A stretch of 64,000 bases of DNA from Bilabrum cf. latius (Eukaryota): NCBI GenBank assembly GCA_965178125.1, contig OZ237735.1:2046001-2110000 (forward strand), in the 5' to 3' direction. This document shows positions 15,001-30,000 of this stretch, one piece after another. The notes beneath the pieces were generated by a model. It was not told the DNA's origin. It saw only the letters and a list, made by a program, of their open reading frames with translations, and did no database searches. Numbering within the stretch: the stretch's first letter is position 1; every line of letters begins with the position of its first letter. The position numbers were made by a program, and so were the translations under genes.

Positions 15001-18000
15001 CGTCAGCGAGGGCTTGCCTTCGAACAGATACGGCACCAGCTCCAGCGACCTCCTCCAAGGCCAGCTCGAGGTCGCGCGCCGAGGTCCTGCCAGCGTACAG
15101 GGTCCTCGTTGCCGCAACCTCACCGGTATTACCGCTCTGCAGGGTCAAGTGGAATCCACCCTGCACGGCTGACGCTGCAAGAGCGCCCTATGTATCGGAC
15201 CCGAATCCGATCGAGGCAGTCACGCCTGCCGCGTTGGCCGACGAGACGTCCGGAGCCGGAGTCCCGTACCCAGCCGAGTCGCTACCAAGCGCACGCACCC
15301 GCACAACTTGCACCTCGTTTACAGGCAAGTTCGAAGAGAAAGCTGGCACGCGTTGGGTCACAATGTTGCTGGAATCAGCGCCGCTGCCAAACACGTCAGT
15401 CGAGAAGTCAGCAGGCGTACCCGGCACAGTAGTGTTGACCAGCACGAACACGTTGGCGACGTTGTCGGCGACAGGCGCGCCAGTATTAACATCAGTAGGC
15501 GACACAATCAGGCATGGGGCAGCCGACACAGGGTCAGAGTTGCATTCCGAGGAGAGCGGACCCACATGAGAAGTGAGGGTGACCACCCAGTCAGAGCCGC
15601 TCTCGCTATCAGGGCCATATCTCGTCACATCCACGGACTTGATGCCGCTGAGCGAGAGCAACGCAGTCTCGATATCCTCCTCAGTAGCTTGGATATCCAC
15701 CGTGACCTGCGCCCTGCGGTACAGCTGCACAACAGCACCAGTGGCCTCATCTGCGGCGAACGGCAGCGAACCGCCGGCATCCACAACAGGAGTGCCATCA
15801 GCGGTAGCAGCAACACGAGGCAGCTGCTCCGCACCTTCCAGCACAAAGCCTTCCACCTCAACAGTCTCAAGCAGTACCGTGGCGACCTTGTACACACCAA
15901 GAGCGCCACTGCCGCTATCGGCACCGACTCGGATCGAAGAACCAGCCGACAGCAGGGGGCGAAGGTCCTGTGCAGGCAAGATGATGGAATCGTTAGTCCG
16001 AACAACGCCTGTTCCGATCAGAGTAGACGAAACCATGATAGGCTCAACTTCACCGGAGGTACCTGTGGCATGCGGAGTCTTGAGTGGCACAGAATCGCAC
16101 GTGAACGCACGGCCGGGGTCATCCGAAACGATATGCGTCTCGCCAGCAACAACAATCTCGGTCCCGCGGGCAAGCCAGGGCCTGAGATCCACAGTGGTGT
16201 TGACAGCGTATGAGCCAGCCTGCACCTGAGCGCAGTTGGAAGTAGGAGCTCCTGCCAGGTCGCACAGGTTCTGGGTCATGTCACCGACGAAGTCAACGGA
16301 CAGCGCGAGCTGCCCGGTCAGATGAGTCTGCCCATCCACGCTGCGGATGCTCACGCGGATCTGCTCGGGGCTGGCACCAGCCTCTCCAGCTGCTACCTGA
16401 GAAACTTGGACCATGCCGGTGGCTGCATTGGATCCAGCTGCAGCGGCCTCGCAAGTACCAGCAAATGCATCCACAGCTGCGAGCATGGGCAAGTCACCAG
16501 ACACCGCGTTACCAACGAAGGTGACCATCCACACAGTCTCGGTCGGCGTGTCAGTGCGCGTGGCATCGAAACCAGAGGCCGGTCCGTTGTACGCACGGCT
16601 AACCGAAACAGCGCCGGAGCCGATGCCCGGTAGGGTCGCCAGCTGCTTCTGCACGAATCGAGCTGGGGAATCGAAGGAGATGCACTACTCAGTGCCAGCA
16701 TCCCTTGCCGCTGCGATCTCAGCCGAAGTCGTCGGGAAGCGACCAGTCGACGGATTCCGAGTCACGAAGCTGAGACGGAACGAGCCCATGGATGCCAAGC
16801 TACTCGAAGAGTTAACCGGAGACACAGTTGCGGTGATTCGCTGCACCTCAGGTTTGCGACCAGTCTTGGCGAGCTTGAAGTCGAAGCTCTCGATCGGAGA
16901 GCCGAAGGGTCCATACGGGCCGCCAAATGGCACGTCGTTCCAGGCCAGGTCGATGTTTGCAGCGACCTCGGTCTCGCCAGAGACTCCGTTCTGCTCGCTG
17001 AAGGCGGCAAGGTGCGACGTGGTACCCCGAGGGGCGACGGGTGCCCCGTACGGCGCAACGGCTGCGGGCGAATCAACCGGCAGGGAAGTGCCGAGGCTGT
17101 TCAGGGCGCGTACCCTCACAAACAGGGGGACACCGGGCTCCAGTCCGGCCAGTTCGAACTCGTAGCTGCCAGAGCTACCGCCCACGGCAGCATCTGCCTC
17201 GGAAACGAACACCGCTTCCACTGCCTCAGGGCGCAGGTTAATCGCCTCGCACGATCCATCGCCACCGCGACCACCGCCACGCACGAGCTCCGATACGGAT
17301 ACGTTGGCGCGCTGGATTCCATCGCACACCTCGGCAACAAGCATGGGCCTGTCAGCGCCACCAACCACCGTCCCGGCAGTGGATGGAGTACCGCCCTGGA
17401 AGGTAATGTCCCACTCGTTGCCGTAGGCCCAAGCAGGGGACGATACATTTCCACAGATGCTTATCTCCGGGTTCCAGCCCTCCGCAACGACGGTGGAAAG
17501 ACCGAGCAGCTCATTGGCCACCGTGACCTCGTCCGCGTCGAAGGCAATGCAGTTGGTCACCTATCCGAGATAGGACAGGGTGAAGCCGCCGGCAGCCGGC
17601 ACGTCCTTGGCTCGCAGCTAGACACGCTGAACCTCGTCGAAGTCACCGCAGGATCCATCAAACGTGGGAGTACGAGAGGCCTCCACCTCGAAGCCGGTAA
17701 TCGCACTGCCACCAGAGCTGGATGGCTCGGACCACTGGACTAGGAGCCTGGTTGGGTCGCTGGGGATGGCTGAAACAGCCACCGGCCCAGTCACTGGCTG
17801 AGGCACGTTGTCAGTAACTACGATGGCGGGAGTTCCAGTCCTGGTCTCGGTGTGCACAGCATACTCAGAGTAGCCCTCAGCGTTGCGCGCCTGCACGCGC
17901 ACGTACACAGAGGCACCAGGAGTGATTCCTGCCTCGTCGAGATCCGACACAACCGCGCGGAACGTGGTCTGAGCGCGCTGGAACGGTCCATCACCCGAGA

Positions 18001-21000
18001 TGATCTCAGTGAACACAACACTGCCAACACCAGCCGTGGATGCGTCAACCTGCACGAGCGGCAAGTCACCCGCACGAGCACCGAAGGTGATCAATACCGG
18101 GGTAGGTGTGGCTGCTGCGCAGATAGTCGTCTGGGTCGAATCGGCATCTGACAGGGTCACCTCAACGCCATCCCCAATTCCAGCAGAGGCTGCCAGGATG
18201 GCCTGGAACTCATCAAGAGTACTGTCTACAGACACACCGGTCACAGTGTATCCCAGTAGAGATAGATCGATCGTGTCTGACGAACCCAGGGTGGAAGTGC
18301 AAGTCATCTGCTGGACCTCTGCACGAGCACCCACAGCCAAGGACGGGCTGTCACCGTACAGGCCCTCATCAGATCCGGCATCCGAGTCGACCGTGAGGTC
18401 GCCTGCGATGGTCCTGCCTGTGCGGCCTGGCAGCACGTTGCCAGTGGCACTGCTCGTGCCGAAACCATCGCTTCGCGGCACATTCTGCGCGTCCACTACG
18501 ATAGTCCAAGTGTATCCGTAGGTGGTTGCATGACGGTCTACGCTCACGATGCTAGCGGCACCGCCCAGAGCAGGCATTTCAGCAAGGGCAGCTTGCATCT
18601 CACGGCGATCCGCATTCCACGGCACGCGCGTCTGCTGGCCGCGGAAGTACACATTGAATGCACCGCTGCGGCCAACGGAAGAGTTGAAGGAAGAGCGGAT
18701 GACCAGGGTCTCCATGCCAGGTGCACCCGATGACGCAGGCACGATGGCCTCGGCAGGAGCTGCTCCACTAAAGTCTGCCTGGCTGCTGACCTGCACCCGA
18801 TAAAGGGTCACCTCGGCTCCTCCATCGCGAGAAGGCGGTTCGAACGAAACACCGATCTCGGTGCTTGACACGAGTTCCGCCTCTACCAGCTCCGGTGTCG
18901 CAGGGACGGTGTACGCCGGCATGCGCGCCACTGGGTTGGAGCTCATGCGGAATGCGCCGAGGCCAAGGCGGTTCGAAGCACCCACCCGTACGCGGAACTC
19001 GCTCGTGGAAGAGAGATCCGACAGCACGACCGACGACCGACCGAACACAGTGGCCAAAAGTGCGGAATTTTGGTTCGAGGTGGACAGGCCGGCACCATTC
19101 ACTCGCAATGGCTAGAGGGCGCCCGGTGCCGAAACAGCAGCCATGGGGGCCACTACGCCGGCAGCCGCGGCAGACGAGGATTCTGCCATGGCGTACGGTG
19201 ATGCATCTTGGGACGACGTGAATGACACGTCCCACTCAAACCCATTGCCAGACGCTGCCCTAGACACGCGCACAGTCGAAACGGTGGAAAGAGACTCAAG
19301 CTCTCGTGCCACAGTGGCTGCGTTCGCATTCCAGTCGATTGCCTCCGTGGTCTGGCGCCTGTAGATGGTAAAGGTGCCGTTTTCAGCGGACACCGGGCCG
19401 CGGAAGGCACGGTCCAGGTGCAAGACACCATCGGTGTTCCTGTCACAGAACTCCTCGGACAAGCGGTAGATGTACAACTCAGGGTCAGACTCGGCATCGG
19501 GGCCGAGAGCAATCTCGTCACCGCACTCGTACGTACCCGTCATATTGACAGTAGCAAGCAAAGTGAAGTTATCAGTCTGCACAACACCCTCACCGATCAG
19601 AGTATCGGCCCTATACACTGGCTGGGACACTATGTCGCCTGGGAGTCCACCGAAGCCGACAGACAGGGTGGCGTCGTGTGCAGCGCACAGCGGCACGGTT
19701 GTGTCCGTGCTGTCGTAGTCCACGATACGGCCAGTCGAAGCAGCACAGACGCGATACACGGTCAACTCCACGGGGTACAGCACCGCCGATGCGCCAGGTG
19801 CGCCGATTCTGATGAACTCACCCGGGAAAAACTCGTCACGAGCATCATCACCAGCGATCACTAGCTGCGCCTCACTGCTGTTACTCAGCGTGGCCTTTAG
19901 AGCATCGTTGCTGCCCAGGCGACCACTGCCTACTCGACTAGTCAGCGAGCCTCGGAAACCACCGGCAGCGATGCTGAAGGTACCCTCCAGAGGCAGCTGC
20001 GTGGCGTCCACCTTGATAACCTGCCGAGCGTGCGTGACAGCCACGTTTACGATGCCCTTCATGGCAGAGTCCGCCGCAGACGGGGCAAACCCAGACGTGA
20101 AGACGGGATGGCTTGTATACTGCACGTCATGCGAGGTGAGAGACAGACCCCCGGCATCAGCAGTCTCGTCGAACTCCACCTCGAGGGCAGTGTTACTGAA
20201 CGGAAGCAGACGCACGGAGCCAGCAGGCGGTGCCGAGGGCTTGCATACGGGCACGATGGTAGCCGAATACTCGCCGTCGGCCGAAGAGGCCGAGGGACCG
20301 AAGGTACCGAGTCCCTGCTCGTTAATGGCACCCACCCGCACTGTGTACTCAGTACCGACATGCAGGCCGACAATTGAGAACGCACCCTGCCCGGCCGATG
20401 GCACGCCACTCGTGGCCTGAGCATCGGCGGCTGCCTGGGCCGCCGACACGACGGCAGACCCGAAAGCCACAGGGGCCACTGCCTCGCGGACCGTGACACC
20501 ACGGGAAACGGCAGCAGCCGTAGCCCCTACGAAGGCCTCGCCGTTAACCACCAAAGCACTCACGTTAGCGACCGTGTTCGAGAAAGTCACGAACCAGTCC
20601 CTCGAAGAAGAAGTGTTGGTCGAGCTCACCTCCACAAGGTCAACGCTGGGCAGCGCCTCCAGCGCGCTCTGTACCATGGCTGCGGTCGAATTCACGGCAA
20701 GCGGGACCGTAGCATACCGCACATATGCACGAAGTCCAGTGCCAACCAGCTCGGTGGCGACCGAGGTGTAGATAGCCTGCAAGGGCAGTGAGCCCGCCGC
20801 AAGAAGACCGTCCGTCTCGTCCCCAATGGTCAGGATGGCGTACCGCGCAGCACCAGTTCCTACCACGGAGGCGCTAGGTCGGATCAAGACTTCGTCGCCG
20901 CGACGCAGGAAGTGAGTCAGGTCAGTTGACGTGGTCATGGTTCCGGACCCGTCCTGAAGCGCGACGGTTCCGGGCAGCTCAAGGTCGAAGCCAGCAGTCG

Positions 21001-24000
21001 CGATGGTAAATGAACCACCAGCGACCAAATCATCGGGGTCGCTGGCAGAGACGGAAACGCGCTGCACTTCGGCCACCTCGTAGAACGGCGCCACCGGAGC
21101 CTCACGGAACCATTCGATGCGGTATTGGGAGACAGGTGCACCGCCGTTGTCAAGCGGTGCGGTCCAGTCAACGCGAGCGCTGTTGCATCCAGTGGCAGAC
21201 ACGCCTTGTACCAGCGGCTCCGACGCCGCAGTTGACACAGTAACGGGGTTCTGCTTGATCAAGGCCCACTAGCCCTGACCACGCTCCGCATTGGCTGCCG
21301 CGATCCTAAAGAACATGGGCACGCCACGGTGCAGGCCATCCACAGTTCGTCGGAAGGCCCGCAAAGAGGTGCTAGCATCCGCACGGAAGTCACCAGGAGT
21401 TGAGCTCGAGACTGGCACTTGCATGCGCCCGCTCACCTGAGCCGACGCATCGAAAGAGCTTGAAGAGCTCCACTCGATAATGAACTCGGACAGGTCATCA
21501 CCTCCATTGTCTGCAGGTTCGGCCCATTCAACCACGACAGCATCGTCAGCGGACTGCACCGCGTTTGGTGCTGCAGCAGAGTGGAACGCGCTTGTGGGCT
21601 GTTTGGGCGGCTGCACAGGGGTAGTTACACTCACTGGAGAGGTAGCGTTGGGAGACGAGTAGCCTCGGTCGTTGGCAGCCGCGACGCGCACGAAGAACTC
21701 AGTGCCGGGGTTTAGACCGGAGAGCTTCTTGTGGAAGTCAGCGTCGCTAGACACGAGCTGGCTGCCACCCGCAACCTCATCGCTGTCTGCGACCCAGGAA
21801 TACCCGGCTGGGGCCACTCCCATCCGCGAATCGGTGTGAGTGCAATCCACGGCATCGACACTTAGAGTGCGGTTGGCATACGTGGGGGTATCGGCTGCGT
21901 CGTACCGGAGCGCCTTACCAGTGTGGTTGTTCCAGCAGACGCCGATGCCAGCGCCCGAAACAAACTGGCGGAAAGCGCTTTCATCAGAGGAAGCCGGGGC
22001 AAGCCCATTGGCGTACAGCCCGCTGTCGGAATCACCGAAGCTCCCGGTATCCAAAAGCGGCAGCACTGCGGGTACTTCGTGAGGCATGTCCGCGAAAGTG
22101 ATGGACCACTCAAAGTTGCCCATGAAGGCATCGTGGTTCTGCTCAACGTCCACAGTACCCACAACGTTTTCCAGACCTTGCAGAGCGGTACGCACCTGCC
22201 ATGCGGAAGCGTTGACAGCAAGCAGGCCCGTTGTGGCCTTCTTGAGAACCGGACAAGGCGAGCTGGAGGTGCCCGCGGTCACATGAGCATCCGAGGACGT
22301 ACCTGCAGCAAAAGCAGCATCGATTTCGGCCTATGCACACCCGCGAGACGTGTCGAAGACCAGACGGAACGAGCCCATCGTCTTCTCGCCGTTCCCGAAG
22401 ATGCGTACGGTTTGCATGGGTGCTACTCCGGAGGAGAAGGCTGCCGTGGCTGACTCAATCCGGTACCTGTTAACAGCGTCGCCGTTTACTTGCCTAGGAG
22501 CATCCCAGGCCACGTCAATGGCACGACCCGCATCTTCGCCGGTGGATGCCGACAGGGTCACGCCCTCGGGTCCTGTTGGCGGTGCCATCGGCCGCACCGC
22601 CACCGGGGCACCGGCAGGACCGTACCCTGCCGCAGACCTGGCAGTGGCACGCACGTACACTGCAACACCAGCGGTGAGGCCCGAGATGTTGAACCTGGGA
22701 GCCTCAGCCCACTGCTCTGCCTCCACGCAAGCATCAGACCCGCCGCATTCCGGCTTGTCAGCAGCGGCGCAGGTGGACACATCGACAGATAGGATTCCGC
22801 GCGGAGTCGCAGGGGCAGAGAACTCCACCCTCCAGTCAAAGCCATCCCCTCCAGACGCAGCTCTAGACCGCGTGGCGCGTACACTTGCGCCGGAATCGTC
22901 CTCGCCTGCCTCGGCGATGAGCGCCTCGATCGCAGTCTCCACATCAACCTCGGTGGCTGCCTGATCAATGTTGCAGTCGGAGATCACGGACATATTTGAG
23001 TCCGCGTGCCTGTATCGGATCGCAAAGAGGGAACCAGCATCCAGGGCAAGCCCAGAGGCGGCCGACGCTGCCAGACGGATCGTCTGGACGGCCAGTGCGG
23101 AAACCTCAGGGCTCGTGCCGGTCGTAGCAGCAACACTTGGGCCAAACTCACCGATGTCAGCCTCTTGCAGTCTGGCTGCCGATGCACTGTACGACATTGG
23201 CCTTCCATCGCTACCGCTGTTGAAATCCACCGAAGTGTCCCACTCGACCAGGAAACGAGTCACAGGCGAACCACCAGTGCTGTCATCGCTGAATTGGTCG
23301 ATGCCGAAAGCAACCTCAGCGCTGGTGTCAGTCACAGCAAGGTTGCCGCGGCCTGCAATAATGCTCGGCGCAGCGGGTAGTGCCCTAGGCACAACAGCGG
23401 GCTCGCAGAATGTTAGAGACTTGGAGCAAGCCGCGGTCGCGTTCGTCGGCTCGCTCTCCCCGATCGAGTTCACCGCGGTCACACGAGCGTAATACCGGCG
23501 ACCAGGCACCAGAGCAAGGCTTGGGTCTGCCCGCAGGTCAGACTCAGTGGGCACCAGCACAGACCAAACTCGGTCAGGAGCGCCGGACACCAGAGAGCTC
23601 TGGGACATGGGCACGTCCTGCGGCGTGCTCGTAATGTCCTCTCCAACGACCAAACGAGCAGAGTACAGAGGCTCTCCAAGAGTGGCCGAGTCAAACGCAG
23701 GATCGCGACCGATCTCCACGATATACTCGGTGATGTCTGCGCCGTTGCTGTCAGATGCAGCAACGAACTCCACGCGCAGCCTGTCGTTCTTGTCTGGCTC
23801 TGCCATTGCCTCCACATTCTGAGGAGAAGCAGGCTCAGCGCGTGGCACCACGGCGCGGAGAGAACGGGCCAGGGTGGCCGAGTCGTCGCCAAAGTTGAAC
23901 AAATCCAGGCTGGCTGCCTGCGTAGCAGGACCAGATCCGACTGCATTGATGGCATTGACCCGCACAATGTAGGGCATGCCTGCCTTCAAGACACCGCCAT

Positions 24001-27000
24001 CAGCATCAGTCTCGACCGACAATGACGGCCCAACGCTGGCAGGTGCAAAGTCAGTGCATGTAGAGTTGGCATCTACACCCTCCACTGCAACCATCTGTGG
24101 CAGGTTGCCACGACCGGCGAGGGCCACAGAGGAGAAGGTAACTCTCCACGTGTATCCGTACGACGAGTCCGCGCTGCCATCGCCAGTCCGAGTCACCGTA
24201 ACCCCACCTGCGCCGATCGACAGCAAGTTGCCGAGCTCGTTCTCAAAGTCAGCATCGCTGGCATCGTAGTCCAGGCAAGTGGTCTCCACACCATCGAACG
24301 AGAGTGCAAAGCTTCCAGTAGTGATGGCTCCAGTGCCTGCCGACAGGCGCACAACCTGCACCTCAGCTCCAACCGTGGTGTTGCAACGGCTGTTGCTAGG
24401 GCACCCAGAAGGAGAGATAACAGGTTCCGTGAGCGTGTAGATGGGACTCTGCTGCGGCGCAGCAGGTGTAGAGCTGGCCTGCGTTGAGCTGCTATCCGAT
24501 GTCTGGGGTGCGAATACCAACACCTCGTACGACAAGATCTCGCTTCCGCCATCCACCGTGGGGAAGCCACTGGCATCCACACTGGGCTGCTCATACGAGA
24601 CATCCAAAAAGTTTGGCACGCCAGCTCCACTCCTTGCTGCAGTGACCAAAGCAGGCGCGGGCGGTGCCTGAGCGGAAGGTGCCAGCGAGGCGGGCGATGC
24701 CGATTCAGCAGAGCTCCACCAAGCACCCGCCGGTCCGGAATCACCGTAGGCCGATACCCGGACAAACTGCGGAACACCGTCAGAAAGTGTGACCAAGTTG
24801 ACACCACCACCGATAGTGAACTGAACGCCAACCTTGTCCGATCCAGGCAACACGCCCATCCACTCACAGCCAGGAGATGTACACGTGGACTCCGATACCA
24901 CCTCTTGCGAGCTCGTCGTGAATTCCCTGCCAGTCGACCACTCCACACGGTACTTCTAGCTGGCTGATCCAACGGAGCAAAGCAGTGCAGGAGTGCGGAA
25001 AGTAAGGCCAATGGCATCCGAAGACACCACCTGCACCGTGACATCCCTGGGTGCGCCGACGGCCTGGGGAGCGGGCACGACAGCAAGGGTCAAAGGCAGA
25101 GGATAGATCGCTTGCTACGAAGAGGAAGACGATGAGCGCTGAGCAAGTGCTGGCGGCACACCACCGAAGCGGCCAGCCGGAACGCTAACGACCGAATGGC
25201 CGGATGCACCAGTCGCTGCAGCTGCCACTGCGAGCCGCTGGGCGGCTCCAGGAGATCTTGCGCTGCCAGAGGCACTGCGGCGGACCGACACGGACGATTC
25301 CACGTCGGCAGTGATGACGTTCGAGGCGCCATCCAGGGTGCTTCGCGCAGTGCGGCGGATTGACAACTCTCCAGTTGAGAAGTCGGACCCAGCGGCAGGG
25401 CACCCGCTGGTGATCACCTCGAGCTCAGTGTCAGGAGAGGCACCCGAAGTGTTTGCCACAATATGCCACGAGCTGCCGAAGAGGCCCTCGGGCGCCGGCA
25501 TGTCGGACACAGTGACCCCGCCGGTGATGAGAGCCCCGACCTCCAACTGCACGTCACCGAATAGTGCATCGTAAGGGATGCAGGAGGTCATCGTACCGTC
25601 GTAGCTGAGCCTGAATTCGCCCTGAGTGATAGCAACAGGTGAAGCCAAATCGACCTGCCATGCATCCTTCTGCCCCTGCACGACCAGCCCGTTCACGTCA
25701 CCGGAGCCGCGTGAGAATGTCACAGCGAATTCGACACCCCACACGTCGGTATCAATGCCAGACCCGTCCTCATCCGCAGAGATATTGCTCATTGACACGG
25801 CAATAGGCGTTGCAAATGCAGAGCCCTACAGCGCACTATGCAGCGCTGCAAGCACATCTGACTCAGAAGCAGACGTTGAAATGTCCGCAGTCACACGCCG
25901 AGTGTCAAACTCTCCTGTTGTTAGCTCCAGACGGAAAGCAGTACTGCCAGTGATCACGCCGAGCGACGGGGCACCGGATGCCAGGCGAACCACCTGGACC
26001 TCCTCGGAAGAGTCCGGCCCGGGCACGGCAATGGTAGGGACCGATTCGCCTCCAGCGCTCTTCGCAGCCACGCGCACAAAGGTTGCCCGTCCAAGGCTAG
26101 CGCCCTCGATCACGTGCGTGTACCAGGTACCCTCTGCGACGGGTGCGTGGGCGAGCAGACTGGCAGCATCAGCGGAAACAGCTCCGGCACTGCTGGCCGC
26201 GAAGCCATCAACGCCGTCCAGGGTGACCGAAGCTGCATCAAGGTCAGACACGACCTCACTGAATACGGTACCAGCCTCGAAGGAAGCGCTCGACGAGTAC
26301 TGCACGCGGAACGCGGAAACGGAACCAGCGTACTCCGCGGGCACGCGCCAAGCTACACCGACCCGGTTGGAGCACAGGGGCACGGACTGCACGTCAATCG
26401 GAGCGGCAGGCGGCTGCTCTGACAGGCGAGTGATCTGAGGGGCAACGCGGTAGGAAGACGTCTGCTTGGAGCCAGACTTTGCGCGCACACGTACAGCCAC
26501 AGCCTGCTCGGCCTTTAAGTTGTCTAACACAACCTGATGCTTCAGGCCGCCCTTGAGAGTCTCCACAACCTCGGCAAAGGCACCGGAGCCGAGCAGGGAG
26601 CCACCTCCCGCAACGGTGGCGACGGTAGCGCCGTCATCCGTTGATACCATCAGAGACGGCTGATCGACACCAGCGTCGCGGGTTCCTGCAAACTCGATCG
26701 TCCAATCGCGACCGTACATGATGCGAGGAACGCTCGAGTCCGTCTACGCCCGGGCAGTAACGGCCACGTTCACGGCAGACACGCCGCCCAGAGCCGCATG
26801 AATTTCGTCACGGATGTCCTCTGCCGTAGCGTCCCACGCGATCGTCGCTGATACGTCATTTCCGAACGCTACCCGGACCGAACCATGAAGATCCTCACCG
26901 CCAGCCGAGGACAGGCGGATAGTCTGGATCTCGCGATGAGCCGAAACGGTCACGTCGCCTTGCGGGATGGCCACGATACCAGTGGTGCGCTGGTCAAAGC

Positions 27001-30000
27001 CAGGGTCCGTGCCAGCCGTGATCTCCTAGACCGAAGAGGTCACCACCAGCGAGGCAGAGCTGCCAGAAGGCTCCGAAGCCAGCAGCTGGCTGGAATCTAC
27101 CACGAGAAGCGGCAAATCACCCACAGCCGAATCGAAGGTGACGGCGAACACGACGGATCGGCTGAACGGTACTGCGGCACCAGCGCCGTCCACGGTTTCG
27201 CTCTTTGTAACAGTCACATCCCCAGTTCCAATGGCCTCCAAAGCCTGCTTCACATCGAGGTCGCTGGCGGTCGCAGCGATCTGGCGAGTGCGGCGAGGCC
27301 CATACTGGAGGTAGAAAGCACCATGCAGACTGCCTGCCTCCGGCGCGCTAGCAGCGTTCACGGCGTCAGCACCGTCAAAGGCAACAGTGATGCGCACCGC
27401 CTGCTCCTCGGAATCGCCGACATTGCCATCATACTGCACCTCGTACGAAGTGATAGCATCCCCGCCGTTGGACGTGGGGGCATCCCATTGCACAAGAGCC
27501 GACGTGGTAGACAGAGACTCCACACGGATGGCGGCAGGCGGGTCAGGGCTGCGCGAAGCGATCACACCAGCAGGAGATGCACCTGCGGCCGGTCCAAAGC
27601 TGCCACCAACTCCGTTGAAGGCAGCAATGGTCGCGTGGTACCTGACTCCCTTCGAGACACTGGCCAGAGCCAGACCGTACTTGATCGTTGGGTTCATCGC
27701 AGCGACGTCGACGGGAACAACGGCAGAAGAGGCGCTTCCGCTCACGCTCACCACGGCTCCAGTGGCGGCATCAACCTTCACAATGGCCTCCTGAGACATG
27801 GAGGAGTCCATGGGTGCGAATCGTCCGGTGGCGATCGAAGAGACTGAGATGGAAGCACCAGTCGCATTGCTACCGGCCGCAACTGCCTGCAGCATGGGCT
27901 GCGGTCCAAGTGCCGCCAGGAACCAGATGGTCCAGGTGGTGGCGTCGGCCTCGCTGGACTGCACCACTGCGACATCTCCGCCAGTCGCGGGAAGCGCCTC
28001 GAGAGCTGCCTCCATTTCGTTCGCCGACACGTCGGTGGGGAGCGCGGAGGTCTCCTGCCCGTTTAAGGACACAGCAAACTGCTCCTCGGCGAACTCGTCA
28101 CGGAGACCGCCTGCAGCCGTGATACGGATCTGCTGAGCATCGAAACCGGCAAACGCACGAACGGCAACATCAGTAGACAGCTGCACGGCGCCCTCTGAGC
28201 CACCGAAGAGGGTCGAGTTGTGGGCATTGCTCGTCGTAGTCATCGCAAACGTCTCGCCAGAATCCACAGACACCTGGAGACCGCCAGCCTGGCCAGGCTC
28301 GCTGATTCCGGCGTTGCCAACATGCCCCAGGAATGTCACTGCCCACGTGTAGCCCCACATGGGTTCATTCGACAACAAGTCGCTGTCCTTGCCTGAGGGG
28401 CGCTCGTCGTAGCGAGACACAGACACGCCACCTGCGGTTGGCAGAGCACGGAGGGCGGCCTGCACAGCGGCTGCGCTGGCATCCCATGCAAGATCACCGG
28501 TGGACTCACCGCCGAATGAAGCGCGGAACGTGCCGGCAGCACCGCCTGCAGCATGCGTCTTCAGGCTGATCGTGTGCACTGCATGCATAGAGTACACGGA
28601 ACCAGCACCTTCCTGGCCGGCGAAGTCCTGGGATCCTCCGGCGCGTACACCATCATAGCCGATGGCGTCCCACTTGACGCGGAACTCAGACACCGCGGCA
28701 CCGTTCGAATCTGCACTGGGCGAGAAGTACAGCATAAGCTGGTCAGCCGACCCATCGCTGGCCGAGGAAGGCATCAAGAGGGCCTTAGACGGCGCCTTGG
28801 GCGCGCCACTCGGTGACCTCGAGATGGGGCTTGTCCTGGTCGTGTCCACCGACGTTCCGTAGGCATTGGAAGCAGCAACTCGCACAAAGTACTCTGTCCC
28901 GGTCTTCAGCTGGGACAGAACAAACGAGCAGGCGGTCACCTGGCACGGGGTGCGACCTTCAGCGCCTGCGGAGGGGTCAAGGTCACTGGCATCCACCTGG
29001 GTGCTCCCAAGAGGTCCACTGCGTGCACCTGACGAGAACGCGGACGATGTGTCCCAGTCGATGCGGTACGCCTGCACAGCGGAGCCTCCATCGCTCTCGG
29101 GTGCGTTGAAGAACACTCGAAGCGAATTGGCGGACTCGCCCATCAGCTGAGCCGCGGCAGGAGCCGAGGGGCGCTGGATCGGGGGCGAGGCTGCAGCGGG
29201 GCTGGACAGAGTCGGAGCACCCTGGCCAAGGTCATTGTACGCTGCCGACACGCGTACAAAGTACTCGGCACCGGTAACGAGTCCCTCAATCGCATACCGA
29301 TAAGCAGACTCGCCATCAGCAGTGGCCTGAGCCGCGAGCGACGCCTAGCTCACCTCATCTGCTGCATAGGCTTCGGCGAGAGCACCTGGTGCAGCATCGC
29401 CCACCAGCAGCTGCAGCGCTCCCTCAGTCACGCCAGTGTAGGATCCATCGATACCAATGGCGGTATCAGAGCCGTTGTAGCTCACTGATTCCACCGTGAA
29501 GATGTGAGACGCATTGCCGATGCTGGCAACCACACGAACGAAGTCGCCCACGAAGACAGTGGACGAAAGGTCAACAGAGAGAGCATTTAAGATGTTGCTA
29601 CCAGTTGTGGCCAGAGCGCACGACGCACAGGCCTCCGTGGATGGGCTGTGGGTGACAGTGGCGCTACCGGCGCTGAGAGACCCTCCGTTGGGATCACTGC
29701 CCTAAGCAACAAGATCGCTGCCGTCAAACTCGACAGTCGCGATCTCTCCCGAGCCGCGATCGCCCACGAACGCGATTCGCCACTGCCGCAGGCCGTCAGA
29801 GCTCCCGGCAGATTTGAGCTCCACTTCGGGGGCGCGCACCACAGAGAGAGCACCGATGGCATCTTGCATTTCAGCAGCCGTGGCATCGAAAGCGAGGGGC
29901 ACGGTTGGTTCGCCATACAGCGTGATGCGGAAAGTTCCGCGCACTCCGGTGGTGTTCAGAGTGAGCACCTGAGTGTCAGGCCGAGCATCCTCGAAGCTCG